In this document: positions 27,841 through 37,734 of the stretch, in pieces
Layout: each line of letters opens with the position of its first letter
How positions within the stretch are numbered: position 1 is the stretch's first letter
DNA from: an uncultured bacterium
GTDB lineage: Bacteria > Actinomycetota > Coriobacteriia > Coriobacteriales > Coriobacteriaceae
Reading direction: 5' to 3'
Length of the DNA stretch: 41,379 nucleotides
Assembly (NCBI GenBank): GCA_905215005.1
Contig: CAJMOM010000001.1
Coordinates: 1 to 41,379, forward strand
The notes under the pieces: model-generated
What the model was told of the DNA's origin: nothing
Databases searched by the model: none
Seen by the model: the letters and a program-made list of their open reading frames with translations, nothing else
Position numbers and translations under genes: made by a program

Positions 27841-28341
27841 TCAGTCCTCTCTCGTAATCGCGGCAACCGTCGCCCCGCAAAATGCAATTAAATCATCGGG
27901 TGCAAGCTCGAGCTGATAACCACGCTTGCCTCCCGAAATAAAAATGGTATCCCAAAGGACGCATGTCTCATCAATGAGCGTCCGGTAGCGTTTTTTCATG
28001 CCGACCGGGCTGCAGCCGCCGCGAACGTAGCCAGTCGCCGCAAGCAAATCCTTCACATGCATCATGGCCAAGGACTTCTCCCCCGCGGCACGCGCGGCGG
28101 ACTTTAGATCGAGCTCGTCGGCAACAGGGATGCAGCACACGACATAGTCGTTGGACGGTGTCACGCAGACCAAAGTCTTAAATCCTTGACCGGGCTCCTC
28201 GCCAAGCTGCTCCGAAATCGCGACCCCCAGACCCACCGACTCATCACCATCGTCTTCGTACGTATGTAGAACATAGGAAATGCCGGCGCTTTCCAGCTCG
28301 CGCATCGCATTGGTTTTTGGCGTCTTTACAGCCTTTGCCAT
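27841..28341 (-). CDS. ybaK: Cys-tRNA(Pro) deacylase YbaK/EbsC
   Basis: Start at ATG 28341. KTNAMR, FKTLV, TGYVRGGCSPVGMKK, SGGKRG. Confidence 0.92.
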   Translation of the reverse strand: MAKAVKTPKTNAMRELESAGISYVLHTYEDDGDESVGLGVAISEQLGEEPGQGFKTLVCVTPSNDYVVCCIPVADELDLKSAARAAGEKSLAMMHVKDLLAATGYVRGGCSPVGMKKRYRTLIDETCVLWDTIFISGGKRGYQLELAPDDLIAFCGATVAAITRED

Positions 28342-28422
28342 GACATATCCTTTCCCTCGCATTCGGACGTAAAGATTAAGTATATGTCCAATTCGGCTGC
28401 ATACGTCACTTCGACACAGCAA

Positions 28423-28453
28423 GCGCCATCGAATCACAAGGAGTCGATGGCGC
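28423..28453 (-). terminator. Hairpin after uvrA
   Basis: GCGCCATCGA...TCGATGGCGC 10-bp stem with a weak U-tract. Confidence 0.55.
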
Positions 28454-28473
28454 CCATAAACTGAATCGCCTAT

Positions 28474-31353
28474 TTATTGAGCATCAAGTTGAGCCTGACG
28501 CTCCCGGTCACGCCTGAGCAACGGCGCCAAAAACTTGCCCGTATAACTCTGCGGACAGTCCGCAACCTGCTCCGGTGTGCCCGAAACCACAACGGTTCCG
28601 CCGCCGTTACCGCCCTCGGGACCCATATCGATCAGACGATCGGCAACCTTGATGACATCAAGGTTGTGCTCAATCACCAGTACCGTGTTGCCCGCATCGA
28701 CCAAGCGCTGCAGCACATCGAGCAGCTGGCGGACGTCCTCAAAATGAAGGCCGGTCGTCGGCTCGTCCAAAATATAGAACGTCTTGCCCGTCTGGCGTCG
28801 ATGAAGCTCCTTGGCGAGCTTCACACGCTGCGCCTCGCCGCCCGAGAGCGTCGTGGCGGGCTGGCCCAGGCTCACGTAGCCCAAGCCTACATCGTACAGT
28901 GTCTGGAGCTTTCGCTTGATCTGCGGGATATTCCCAAAGAAGGCCAGCGCCTCGGTGACACTCATTTCGAGCACGTCCGAGATGGTCTTGCCACGGTAGG
29001 TGACCTCGAGTGTCTCGCGGTTGTAGCGTTTACCGCCGCAAACTTCGCAGGGAACGTAGATATCGGGAAGGAAGTGCATCTCGATCTTGATCTGCCCGTC
29101 GCCCTTGCACGCCTCACAGCGCCCGCCACTCACATTAAAGGAGAAACGACCCGGCGAGTAGCCGCGCGCCTTCGACTCCGGCGTACTCGCAAACAGCGCG
29201 CGAAGATCATCCCACAGGCCGATATAGGTAGCAGGGTTGGAACGCGGCGTGCGGCCAATCGGCGACTGGTCGATATCGATAACCTTATCGATACACTCGA
29301 TGCCCTCGATTTTCTTATACGGACCCACAGGGCGCGTCGAACGGTGAATGGCATTCGTAAGGGCAGGCGCAATGGTATCGGTAACCAGGGAGCTCTTGCC
29401 CGATCCCGACACGCCGGTAACAACCGTAAGCGTACCAAACTCGATCTTGGCAGTAACGTTTTTGAGGTTGTTGGCTCGAGCGCCCGTAATTTTAAGGCAG
29501 CCGCGACCGGGCTTGCGCCGTTCATCAGGCACCCGGATCATTCGTTTGCCGGTCAGATAAGCGCCCGTCATCGACTCAGGACACGCCATGATATCGGCAG
29601 GCGTTCCCGCCGCGACTACGTGTCCGCCGTTGACGCCGGCGCCGGGCCCCATGTCGATCACGTAATCGGCGGCACGGATTGTATCCTCGTCGTGTTCGAC
29701 GACGATAACGGTATTGCCGATATCGCGCAGGCGCTCGAGCGTCTTGATCAAGCGCTCGTTGTCACGCTGATGAAGACCGATCGAGGGCTCGTCCAGAATA
29801 TAGAGCACGCCCATGAGACCCGCGCCGATCTGCGTTGCCAGGCGAATACGCTGCGCCTCGCCACCAGAAAGCGTCGCCGAGGCACGATCGAGCGTCAGAT
29901 AGTCGAGTCCAACATCGACCAGAAAACGCAAGCGCTCCAGGATTTCCTTGACGATGCGCCCGCCGATAAACTGTTGGCGCTCGGTGAGCTCCAGGCCCTC
30001 AAAAAACTCGAGCGACTCACGGCACGACAGGCAACAAACCTCGTAAATGGACTTGCCGCCCACGGTGACGGCGAGCATCTCAGGGCGCAAACGAGCGCCG
30101 TGGCAGCTCGAGCACGGTTCCTCGCGAATGTACTTCTCCAAGCGCGCCTTGGTGTTCTCGTTCGTCGTCTCGGTATAGCGTTCGTACAGGATGTTGCGAA
30201 CGCCCGAAAACTTGGTATCCCACTGGCTGCGACGTCCGTCGAGCTTTTGGTAGTCGACCGAGATCTTCGTATCGCCCAGGCCATCCAAGAATGCACGACG
30301 CACGCGAGGGGGCAAATCCTCCCACGGCGTATCGGTGCTCACCTTAAAGTGTTTGCAGACCGCAGCAAAAATCTGCGGATAGTAGTTCGAATTGCCAAAC
30401 AGGCTACCAAAGACTCCGTCGGCAATGGACTTCGAGGGGTCCTCGATCAGCGCCTCGGCATCAACGGTTTTCTTAAAGCCCAGGCCGTCGCACTCAGGAC
30501 ATGCGCCATAGGGAGCGTTGAACGAAAAATCACGCGGCTGAAGATCGTCAATGGAGTGTCCATGCTCCGGGCACGCCAAGGCCAACGAATACTCCAGCAG
30601 CTCGCCCTCGGTCCCCTCAGGAGCATCACGATCGGGCAGCATGTACACGTTTACATTGCCGTGAGCCAGCGCGGTCGCCTGCTCAACAGACTCGGCGATA
30701 CGGCCCAGAGAATTCTCACGGATCACGATACGGTCAACCACGACCTCAATGTCGTGTTTGAACTTCTTGTCCAGGTCGATAGGGTCGTCGAGCGAGCGCA
30801 CTTCACCGTCGACACGCACGCGGCTAAAGCCCTCGGCGCGAAGGTCCTCAAACAGTTTGGTGTACTCGCCTTTTCGCCCGCGCACCACCGGTGCCAGCAC
30901 AAACGCGCGGCGACCCTCCCCCGCCGCCAAGACTTTGTCGGCAACCTGGTCGGTCGTCTGACGCTCAATGACGCGGCCGCATTCGGGACAGTGCGGGGTG
31001 CCCACACGGGCGAACAGCAGGCGCAGATAGTCATAAATCTCGGTTACGGTGCCAACCGTCGAGCGAGGGTTTTTAGACGTCGTCTTTTGGTCGATCGACA
31101 CCGCCGGCGAAAGGCCGTCGATTGAATCCAAGTCGGGTTTGTCCATCTGGCCCAAGAACTGGCGCGCATAGCTCGAAAGGCTCTCGACGTATCGACGCTG
31201 GCCCTCGGCATAGATAGTGTCAAATGCCAGCGAGCTCTTGCCCGAGCCAGAAAGACCGGTAATGACCACGAGTTGGTCACGCGGAATGGAAACATCGATA
31301 TCACGGAGGTTGTGCTCACGAGCGCCGCGAATAACGATAGAAGAATCAGACAT
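28474..31353 (-). CDS. uvrA: Excinuclease ABC subunit A
   Basis: Start at ATG 31353. GAREHNL, two ABC cassettes ([26 protein letters not shown] twice), Zn fingers. Confidence 0.98.
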   Translation of the reverse strand: MSDSSIVIRGAREHNLRDIDVSIPRDQLVVITGLSGSGKSSLAFDTIYAEGQRRYVESLSSYARQFLGQMDKPDLDSIDGLSPAVSIDQKTTSKNPRSTVGTVTEIYDYLRLLFARVGTPHCPECGRVIERQTTDQVADKVLAAGEGRRAFVLAPVVRGRKGEYTKLFEDLRAEGFSRVRVDGEVRSLDDPIDLDKKFKHDIEVVVDRIVIRENSLGRIAESVEQATALAHGNVNVYMLPDRDAPEGTEGELLEYSLALACPEHGHSIDDLQPRDFSFNAPYGACPECDGLGFKKTVDAEALIEDPSKSIADGVFGSLFGNSNYYPQIFAAVCKHFKVSTDTPWEDLPPRVRRAFLDGLGDTKISVDYQKLDGRRSQWDTKFSGVRNILYERYTETTNENTKARLEKYIREEPCSSCHGARLRPEMLAVTVGGKSIYEVCCLSCRESLEFFEGLELTERQQFIGGRIVKEILERLRFLVDVGLDYLTLDRASATLSGGEAQRIRLATQIGAGLMGVLYILDEPSIGLHQRDNERLIKTLERLRDIGNTVIVVEHDEDTIRAADYVIDMGPGAGVNGGHVVAAGTPADIMACPESMTGAYLTGKRMIRVPDERRKPGRGCLKITGARANNLKNVTAKIEFGTLTVVTGVSGSGKSSLVTDTIAPALTNAIHRSTRPVGPYKKIEGIECIDKVIDIDQSPIGRTPRSNPATYIGLWDDLRALFASTPESKARGYSPGRFSFNVSGGRCEACKGDGQIKIEMHFLPDIYVPCEVCGGKRYNRETLEVTYRGKTISDVLEMSVTEALAFFGNIPQIKRKLQTLYDVGLGYVSLGQPATTLSGGEAQRVKLAKELHRRQTGKTFYILDEPTTGLHFEDVRQLLDVLQRLVDAGNTVLVIEHNLDVIKVADRLIDMGPEGGNGGGTVVVSGTPEQVADCPQSYTGKFLAPLLRRDRERQAQLDAQ

Positions 31354-31414
31354 GGAAGCTCCTTGCCTCCTATTGCATCGAATCATACTGCCGATGAGTT
31401 TAGCGCACTCGACG

Positions 31415-31428
31415 CGCACAGATGTTCG
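31415..31428. promoter_or_regulatory. LexA SOS box upstream of uvrA
   Basis: CGCAC-AGAT-GTTCG, one mismatch to the Gram-positive consensus CGAAC-N4-GTTCG; candidate uvrA -10 TATGAT on the minus strand at 31382-31387. Confidence 0.7.
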
Positions 31429-31546
31429 TAATACAAGATTCGCAGACCTTTAGCTTTGCGTATCGGGTGCTTTGTTTCTCGAAATGCCGTGGAAAGGTTA
31501 CAGTAATCTACTACTGAACTTAATTTGCCGTAACAGAGGAACGTCC

Positions 31547-33700
31547 ATGACCGAAGATATCCCCCTTGAAATCACTTCGAGCGACATGGCCAATCTGCCC
31601 ATATTCATCGCCGTCCTTATCGTGGCCACCGTCGTCGTGCGCGTGTATTTTTCAATCAAACACAATGAAAAGCCGCCCATTGCCCGCGTCTTTTGGTGCG
31701 CGACGCTCCTCATCCCGCTCGGCGTGGTAGCTGCATGGATTACGAATCAATTGCTCGTAAATGAGGACAGTTCCCTATGGGTCCTTTCTTATTCGGCGCT
31801 CGGTGCTGCCGCCGTTATACTTCTTGTCGAGCCCTTAGTTTCGGGACTTATCGACCAAACCGATCTTGCGACGGGAACGGTTGCCTGTATTTGCCGTGAC
31901 ATCCTTGTCATCGCCGCTGTTTCAGCGCTCTCGTTCGTTTCACTTGAAATTGCCTGCAACGAAACGTTCTATCGCATTCCCGCCAACTCATTCGGGTTTT
32001 CCGTCGGGCTGCTCGCGACGGTTCTGCTCTCCCTTTATTTGCTGGGACAGCGTCATGGAGGCGTCATGGCCCTCGTGCCCGTCGCCTGTTGCATCCTTGG
32101 CATTGCCGAGCACTTCGTCATAACGTTTAAAGGCGAGGCCATCCTGCCAAGCGATATCTTGGCCCTTGGCACCGCAATGGAAGTGAGCGAGGGATACGAG
32201 TTTACCTTTACCGCCGGAATCGTAACCTCTCTAGCCCTGCTGGAGATTTCCCTGGGGCTTCTTTCGCTTATCCGACCGAGAAAGCTCCGTACGCCCACCC
32301 ATGTCTTCCCCGCAATCGCCGCTAACCTCTGCGCTTTTCTGCTAGTGACCGTTGTGGGGCTCTCGGGCTTTTCCAGCATCGACTTGGAGCAGGCGCTGAA
32401 TTTTGGATTTGACCGTTGGCAGCCCATCACCACGTATGCGTCTCAGGGTTTTATCACTTCGTTCACCGAAATGGTCAACGAGTTGCCCATTGAGAAGCCC
32501 GAAGACTATACGCCCGATGAGGCGCAGAGCATCGAGCAGGAGCTCGCCGCCACCTACGACAGCACGTATGGCTCGAGCGAGCAGCGCGCGGCGGCCGTTG
32601 CCCAGTTCAATGAAATCAAGCCGACGATTGTTGCCGTCATGAACGAGAGTTTTAGCGACCTTTCGTGCTTTGAGCAGCTCCAGGCGGCCGGGTACACCGG
32701 CCCCGCATTCTACAACTCGCTTCCCGACACACTTGTTCGCGGCACCATGCTCGCTTCGGTCGCCGGTGGCGGAACGGCAAACTCCGAATTCGAATTTTTG
32801 ACCGGAGCGACAACGGCCTTTGTCGGATTAGGCAAGATCCCCTATCAGCTGTATCAGATGAATGGCGTCAACAGCCTGGCAAAGGACCTTAAGGAGCTTG
32901 GGTATACCGCTACCGCTATGCACCCGCAAAACCCCGTCAACTACCATCGAGATAAAATCTATCAGCAGCTGGGCTTTGGAGACTTTCTTTCAATCGGCGA
33001 TTTCGAAGGTGCGCCCTGTTACCATGCCGGCGTATGCGACTACGCCACCTACGACAAGATACTCGACCTGCTTAGAACCGACGAAGCGCCGCAGTTCATC
33101 TTTGACGTCACGATGCAAAATCACGGCGGCTACGACTATGGCACCGTTCCCGCCGAAGAGCTGACAAACTATTGGGTCGAGGGAGCCAGCGAGGGCGCCA
33201 ATAGCGCGCTCAACACCTATCTCACCTGCATCAACGCATCCGACCGGGACCTCGAGTACTTTATCAACGAGCTCCGCAATATCGGCAGACCGGTTGTCCT
33301 TGTCTTTTTTGGCGACCATCAGCCGAGCGCCGCAACGACTCTCAACGACGAGCTGTACCCTCAGGAAGATACGGCAAGCCACGCTTTCCGTGTCTATCAG
33401 TCGACCTATTTCGTCTGGGCTAACTATGAAATCGCCGGCAATACCGAGCTCAACGTCTACGACACCGTCGGGGCAAACGAGATTGCAGCCATTACCCTTA
33501 ATAAGATCGGCGCCCCGCTCACCGACTATCAAAAGGCCCTGCTTGCAACAAGGTCAGATGTGCCCACCATCAATGTCGCCGGCTACCTTGGTGCCGACGG
33601 GCTGTGCTACGACTTGGAATCTGAAGACAGCCCATACGCCTCGACGATCGACAAGCTGCAGCGCATGCAATACCTCGAGTTTGCCAGCAAAGTTCAGTAA
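31547..33700 (+). CDS. LTA synthase family / sulfatase-like membrane phosphotransferase
   Basis: Start at ATG 31547 (RBS AGAGG). Multi-TM N-terminus, then VMNESF, GGTANSEFE (catalytic Thr), TMQNHG, FGDHQP. Confidence 0.88.
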   Translation: MTEDIPLEITSSDMANLPIFIAVLIVATVVVRVYFSIKHNEKPPIARVFWCATLLIPLGVVAAWITNQLLVNEDSSLWVLSYSALGAAAVILLVEPLVSGLIDQTDLATGTVACICRDILVIAAVSALSFVSLEIACNETFYRIPANSFGFSVGLLATVLLSLYLLGQRHGGVMALVPVACCILGIAEHFVITFKGEAILPSDILALGTAMEVSEGYEFTFTAGIVTSLALLEISLGLLSLIRPRKLRTPTHVFPAIAANLCAFLLVTVVGLSGFSSIDLEQALNFGFDRWQPITTYASQGFITSFTEMVNELPIEKPEDYTPDEAQSIEQELAATYDSTYGSSEQRAAAVAQFNEIKPTIVAVMNESFSDLSCFEQLQAAGYTGPAFYNSLPDTLVRGTMLASVAGGGTANSEFEFLTGATTAFVGLGKIPYQLYQMNGVNSLAKDLKELGYTATAMHPQNPVNYHRDKIYQQLGFGDFLSIGDFEGAPCYHAGVCDYATYDKILDLLRTDEAPQFIFDVTMQNHGGYDYGTVPAEELTNYWVEGASEGANSALNTYLTCINASDRDLEYFINELRNIGRPVVLVFFGDHQPSAATTLNDELYPQEDTASHAFRVYQSTYFVWANYEIAGNTELNVYDTVGANEIAAITLNKIGAPLTDYQKALLATRSDVPTINVAGYLGADGLCYDLESEDSPYASTIDKLQRMQYLEFASKVQ

Positions 33701-33845
33701 GCCCGCCCATTCGCTTGGACCCATCGTATTGCAAGCACGCTCGGCCCAAATGCATCGCAAATGACTCCCGCTCGCAAACGAGGGTACAATGACGCTCGTG
33801 TCGCATCACGGGGCCCCGGCCCCAACATATACAAAGGAGTCATAC

Positions 33846-34676
33846 ATGGGTTGCGAGCACGCACAGGCCGCCGGCGGACAAACGTCGCCGTCGCAATTTG
33901 AGGAGAACACGCTGTCCGAGGTCAAACGCGTCATCGCCGTGCTTTCCGGCAAGGGCGGTGTCGGCAAGTCGTTTGTCACCGGTGCCATCGCCACCGAGCT
34001 TGCCCGTCACGGCCACAAGGTCGGCGTCCTCGATGCCGACATCACCGGTCCCTCCATCCCCAAGATGTTCGGTATGAGCGGACGCCACGTCCATGCCCTT
34101 GGCAACCTTATGCTGCCCGAAATCTCCGAGCACGGTGTCAAGGTCATGAGCTCCAACCTGCTGCTCCAAAACGAGACCGACCCCGTCCTTTGGCGCGGTC
34201 CGGTCATCGCAGGCGCCATTAGGCAGTTCTGGAGCGAGACCTCGTGGGGCCCCATCGACTACCTGCTGGTCGACATGCCTCCGGGAACAGGCGACGTCGC
34301 GCTCACCGTCTTCCAGTCGCTGCCCGTCGATGGCATCGTCATCGTCACGAGCCCGCAGGATCTGGTCTCGATGATCGTCGCCAAGGCGGTCAACATGGCC
34401 GAGAAGATGAACGTCCCCATTCTGGGCATTGTCGAGAACATGAGCTATATTGAGTGCCCCGACTGCGGCAAGAAGATCGAGGTCTTTGGCAAGAGTAAGC
34501 TCCCCGAGGTCGCAGAGCGCTATAACCTCGACATCTTGGGCCAGCTTCCCATTAATCCGGCACTCGCCGAGGCCTGCGATAAGGGCGAGGTCGAGACCGC
34601 GCTGCCCGATGGCATGTTGCCCAAGGCAGTCTCTGCCGTCGAGGCCATTACCCCGCACGAGACCGACGAGGCCTAA
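33846..34676 (+). CDS. mrp: Mrp/NBP35 (ApbC) Fe-S carrier ATPase
   Basis: Start at ATG 33846 (RBS AAAGGAG). SGKGGVGKS, DADITGPS, WRGP, DMPPGTGD, ENMS...CPDC. Confidence 0.93.
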   Translation: MGCEHAQAAGGQTSPSQFEENTLSEVKRVIAVLSGKGGVGKSFVTGAIATELARHGHKVGVLDADITGPSIPKMFGMSGRHVHALGNLMLPEISEHGVKVMSSNLLLQNETDPVLWRGPVIAGAIRQFWSETSWGPIDYLLVDMPPGTGDVALTVFQSLPVDGIVIVTSPQDLVSMIVAKAVNMAEKMNVPILGIVENMSYIECPDCGKKIEVFGKSKLPEVAERYNLDILGQLPINPALAEACDKGEVETALPDGMLPKAVSAVEAITPHETDEA

Positions 34677-35948
34677 GTGAACACGAGCGCCTTCTATGAC
34701 GTCCTGGTAATCGGCGGCGGGGCTTCAGGCCTCGCCGCTGCCATTACGGCCGCACGCGCTGGCAAAAGCGTCTGCATCGTTGAGCGCGATGTCGCCTGTG
34801 GCCTTAAGCTCCTTGCGACCGGTAACGGCCGCTGCAACCTCTCCAACGAATCGATTGATCCTCAGCGGTATAACCACCCCGCATTCGTCGAATCCGTCAT
34901 GGGCCCCCAGCCCGAACAAGAGCTTATGGGTTTCTTCTCCTCGCTGGGTATCATGACAACCTCCGAGGAAGGCCGGCTGTACCCGCGCTCCCTTCGCGCT
35001 GAATCGGTGCGCGACACGCTTCTCAACGTTTGCGACCGCCTAGGTATCACCTTAATCTGCGGAGCCAACGTTGCCTCGGCGCACAAAGCTTCCGAAGGCT
35101 GGGCACTCCAAATAGACCGTCCAGCGCGGGTGCTCAAGGCAAAAAAGCACGACGACCGAAAATCGGAGCTCCGCTCGCTTCGGAAAGCGCTCGCCGATGT
35201 CCCTCGCAAGAACGAGGCCCTGCAGGCACATGCCGTAATTATCGCCACGGGCGGCAACCCCACCGGTATCGCCGATACGTTTCGCCTCCCCCTCACTTCG
35301 CTGCACCCCATCCTCTGCCCCGTATCGGCAACGGTCGCTGGCGATCGGGCGGCACTCAAGACGTTGGATGGTCTGCGCGTCCGCGCCCGCTTGACGCTCG
35401 CCCGTAACCATAGTGAGCTCTGGCACGAAGACGGTGAAGTGCTGTTTCGAACCTTCGGCATCTCGGGCGTCGCTGTCTTCAACCTCTCCCGTCGTATCCA
35501 GCGCGGCGATACGATCCTGCTCGACGTTTTCCCCGACCTCTCTAAAGACGAGCTGCTCGATATGCTTAACCAGCGCGTTAAGCTGCTCGGCGGCTTTTCG
35601 CCCCGCGATCCCCGTTGGCTCGACGGCATGCTCGCCCCGCAACTCTCCTGCGTCGTCTGCACAGCGTTTGAGCAGTGCCATCCAGGCTCCAACGATGTCA
35701 TCCACCTGGTCTCGATCCTCAAGCACTTTAAGTTGCTCGTCGAGGGTACAGCCGAGGAGCGCTCGGCGCAGGTCACGCGTGGTGGTGTATCTGTCGAGAG
35801 CATCTCAACACCCAGTCTACGCGCGCGCTGCGTTGTCGACGCCCCGCTTTACGTCTGCGGCGAAGCGCTCGACATCGACGCCGATTGCGGAGGCTTTAAC
35901 CTTGCGTGGGCCTGGCTCTCGGGCATTCGCGCTGCAAGCAGCTTGTAG
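34677..35948 (+). CDS. HI0933/YhiN (BaiN-like) family flavoprotein
   Basis: GGGASG, KLLATGNGRCNLSN, GRLYP, GISG, AQVTRGGV, GEALDIDADCGGFNL; GTG start abuts the mrp stop. Confidence 0.88.
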   Translation: MNTSAFYDVLVIGGGASGLAAAITAARAGKSVCIVERDVACGLKLLATGNGRCNLSNESIDPQRYNHPAFVESVMGPQPEQELMGFFSSLGIMTTSEEGRLYPRSLRAESVRDTLLNVCDRLGITLICGANVASAHKASEGWALQIDRPARVLKAKKHDDRKSELRSLRKALADVPRKNEALQAHAVIIATGGNPTGIADTFRLPLTSLHPILCPVSATVAGDRAALKTLDGLRVRARLTLARNHSELWHEDGEVLFRTFGISGVAVFNLSRRIQRGDTILLDVFPDLSKDELLDMLNQRVKLLGGFSPRDPRWLDGMLAPQLSCVVCTAFEQCHPGSNDVIHLVSILKHFKLLVEGTAEERSAQVTRGGVSVESISTPSLRARCVVDAPLYVCGEALDIDADCGGFNLAWAWLSGIRAASSL

Positions 35949-35978
35949 CCGCGCAGTCTATAATCAAAAACGCATTCG

Positions 35979-36010
35979 GGCCGTCTGGGATACCGGACGG
36001 CCTCTTTCTT
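35979..36010 (+). terminator. Terminator-like hairpin between the two flavoprotein genes
   Basis: GGCCGTCTGG-GATA-CCGGACGGCC followed by TCTTTCTT. Confidence 0.7.
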
Positions 36011-36028
36011 GCCTCTAAGGAGACCTCG

Positions 36029-37669
36029 ATGATCGAAATCACCCAAGTCAACGCGTCGCTCGATGAAGCCGGCGATGAAAATGCCTGCCTCATTGTTGGC
36101 AAGCGAGTCGCCAAGCGCATCCTACGTTGCAAGGACTCCGAGATCAAGTCCATCGAACTCCACCGCAAGTCAATCGACGCTCGCAAAAAACGAGACGTCC
36201 ATTTTATCCTGAGTTTTCGTGTTGAGCTGACTAGTCCCCACCTCGAGCGAGAAGCGGTCGACAGCGTTGCCGAGCGTGACCGCTCGCGCGTACGCGCGAT
36301 AGAAGACGATGAGCCTTCATTCCCCTCCCCCGTCTCCGACGCACCTCAAGAACGCCCTGTCGTTGTCGGCGCCGGATGCGCCGGCCTTTTCGCTGCGCTC
36401 ACGCTCGCCAAAGCAGGTCTTAAGCCCTTGCTTATCGAGCGCGGCGACCCGGCATTTCGCCGCTCGCAGGCGATCGACCTCTTTCTAAAGGAGCGCATCC
36501 TCGACCCCGAGAGCAATATTCAGTTTGGTCTGGGCGGCGCGGGGACCTTCTCGGACGGCAAGCTCAATACGGGAACAAAAAATCCCGCCCATCGCCTTAT
36601 CCTCGAAACCTTCGTCGAGGCGGGTGCGCCCCGCGATATTCTGTGGGATGCCAAGCCGCACATTGGCTCCGACATCCTTCCCAAGGTTGTCACCGCTATA
36701 TCCCAGCGCATCGAGCAGCTCGGAGGTGTCGTCCGTTATCGAACGAAGCTCGTCGACATTCGCATCGACGCGTCTGGCGCCATCACCGGTATTGATGTCC
36801 AATCGTCCCAAGACGCCGCTTACGAGCCAATCGAGACAAAGCACCTCATCCTCGCCTGCGGGCATTCTGCTCGCGATATTTTTGAGCTCCTTAAGGACCA
36901 CAACGTGGCCCTCGCACAAAAGACCTTTGCCATGGGCGTTCGCATCGAGCATCCGCAACGCGACATCGACAGAGCCCAATATGGAGCCTCGGCGGAACAT
37001 CCAGCGCTCGGGGCGGCCCCCTACAAACTTGTTGCCCATCTTCCCAACGGCCGCAGCGTGTTCTCGTTTTGCATGTGCCCCGGCGGACAGGTTGTTGCCG
37101 CCTCTTCAGAACCGTGCCATCTGTGCGTCAACGGGGCCAGTCTCAATGCCCGCGACGGACGCAACGCAAATGCCGCCCTGCTCGTTAACGTCACGCCTGA
37201 GGACCTTCCCAACGATGACCCGTTCGCCGGCATCGAGCTCCAGCGTGCCTGCGAGGCGGCCGCCTATCGCCTGGGCGGTTCCAACTGGAACGCACCGGCA
37301 CAACTCGTCGGAGATTTCCTCGCAGGACGCGCCAGCAAGGCACCCGGAAAGGTAAAGCCCACCTATCCGCTCGGTGTGACCTGGACGGCAATTGACGAAG
37401 CCCTACCGCAGCATATCGTCGAGTCGCTCCGCCTGGGACTTCCCCTACTCGGAAAAAAGCTACGAGGCTACGACCGTCCCGATGCCGTTCTTACCGGCGT
37501 GGAGACTCGTTCGAGCTCACCGGTCACTGTCACCCGAGACCGAACGTGCCATGCCGTGTCGACCCCGGGCCTCTACCCTTGTGGTGAGGGAGCTGGATAT
37601 GCCGGCGGCATCATGAGCGCGGCCACCGACGGCATCCGTTGTGCTGAAGCCCTGATCGCAGACCTCTAA
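36029..37669 (+). CDS. Uncharacterised FAD-dependent oxidoreductase (COG2509-like)
   Basis: Start at ATG 36029 (RBS AAGGAG). SIDARKK, VGAGCAG, GGAGTFSDGKL, PHIGSD, FCMCPGG, GEGAGYAGGIMSAA. Confidence 0.88.
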   Translation: MIEITQVNASLDEAGDENACLIVGKRVAKRILRCKDSEIKSIELHRKSIDARKKRDVHFILSFRVELTSPHLEREAVDSVAERDRSRVRAIEDDEPSFPSPVSDAPQERPVVVGAGCAGLFAALTLAKAGLKPLLIERGDPAFRRSQAIDLFLKERILDPESNIQFGLGGAGTFSDGKLNTGTKNPAHRLILETFVEAGAPRDILWDAKPHIGSDILPKVVTAISQRIEQLGGVVRYRTKLVDIRIDASGAITGIDVQSSQDAAYEPIETKHLILACGHSARDIFELLKDHNVALAQKTFAMGVRIEHPQRDIDRAQYGASAEHPALGAAPYKLVAHLPNGRSVFSFCMCPGGQVVAASSEPCHLCVNGASLNARDGRNANAALLVNVTPEDLPNDDPFAGIELQRACEAAAYRLGGSNWNAPAQLVGDFLAGRASKAPGKVKPTYPLGVTWTAIDEALPQHIVESLRLGLPLLGKKLRGYDRPDAVLTGVETRSSSPVTVTRDRTCHAVSTPGLYPCGEGAGYAGGIMSAATDGIRCAEALIADL

Positions 37670-37697
37670 CGCACAAATTCCAGCGCGCAAAAGACAT

Positions 37698-37729
37698 AGG
37701 CCCCGAGCTCCACAGGGAACTCGGGACCT
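37698..37729. terminator. Hairpin between the convergent oxidoreductase and uvrB genes
   Basis: AGGCCCCGAGCTCC-ACAG-GGAACTCGGGACCT; pairs better on the minus strand via G-U. Confidence 0.6.
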
Positions 37730-37734
37730 GTTCG

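Noticed and set aside
61..31125. Many long plus-strand ORFs (e.g. 61-1041, 4225-5892, 6506-8356, 19886-22060, 28477-31125)
   Set aside because: They are antisense shadows of well-identified minus-strand genes; GC-biased codon usage suppresses stops on the opposite strand, and they show no recognisable motifs.
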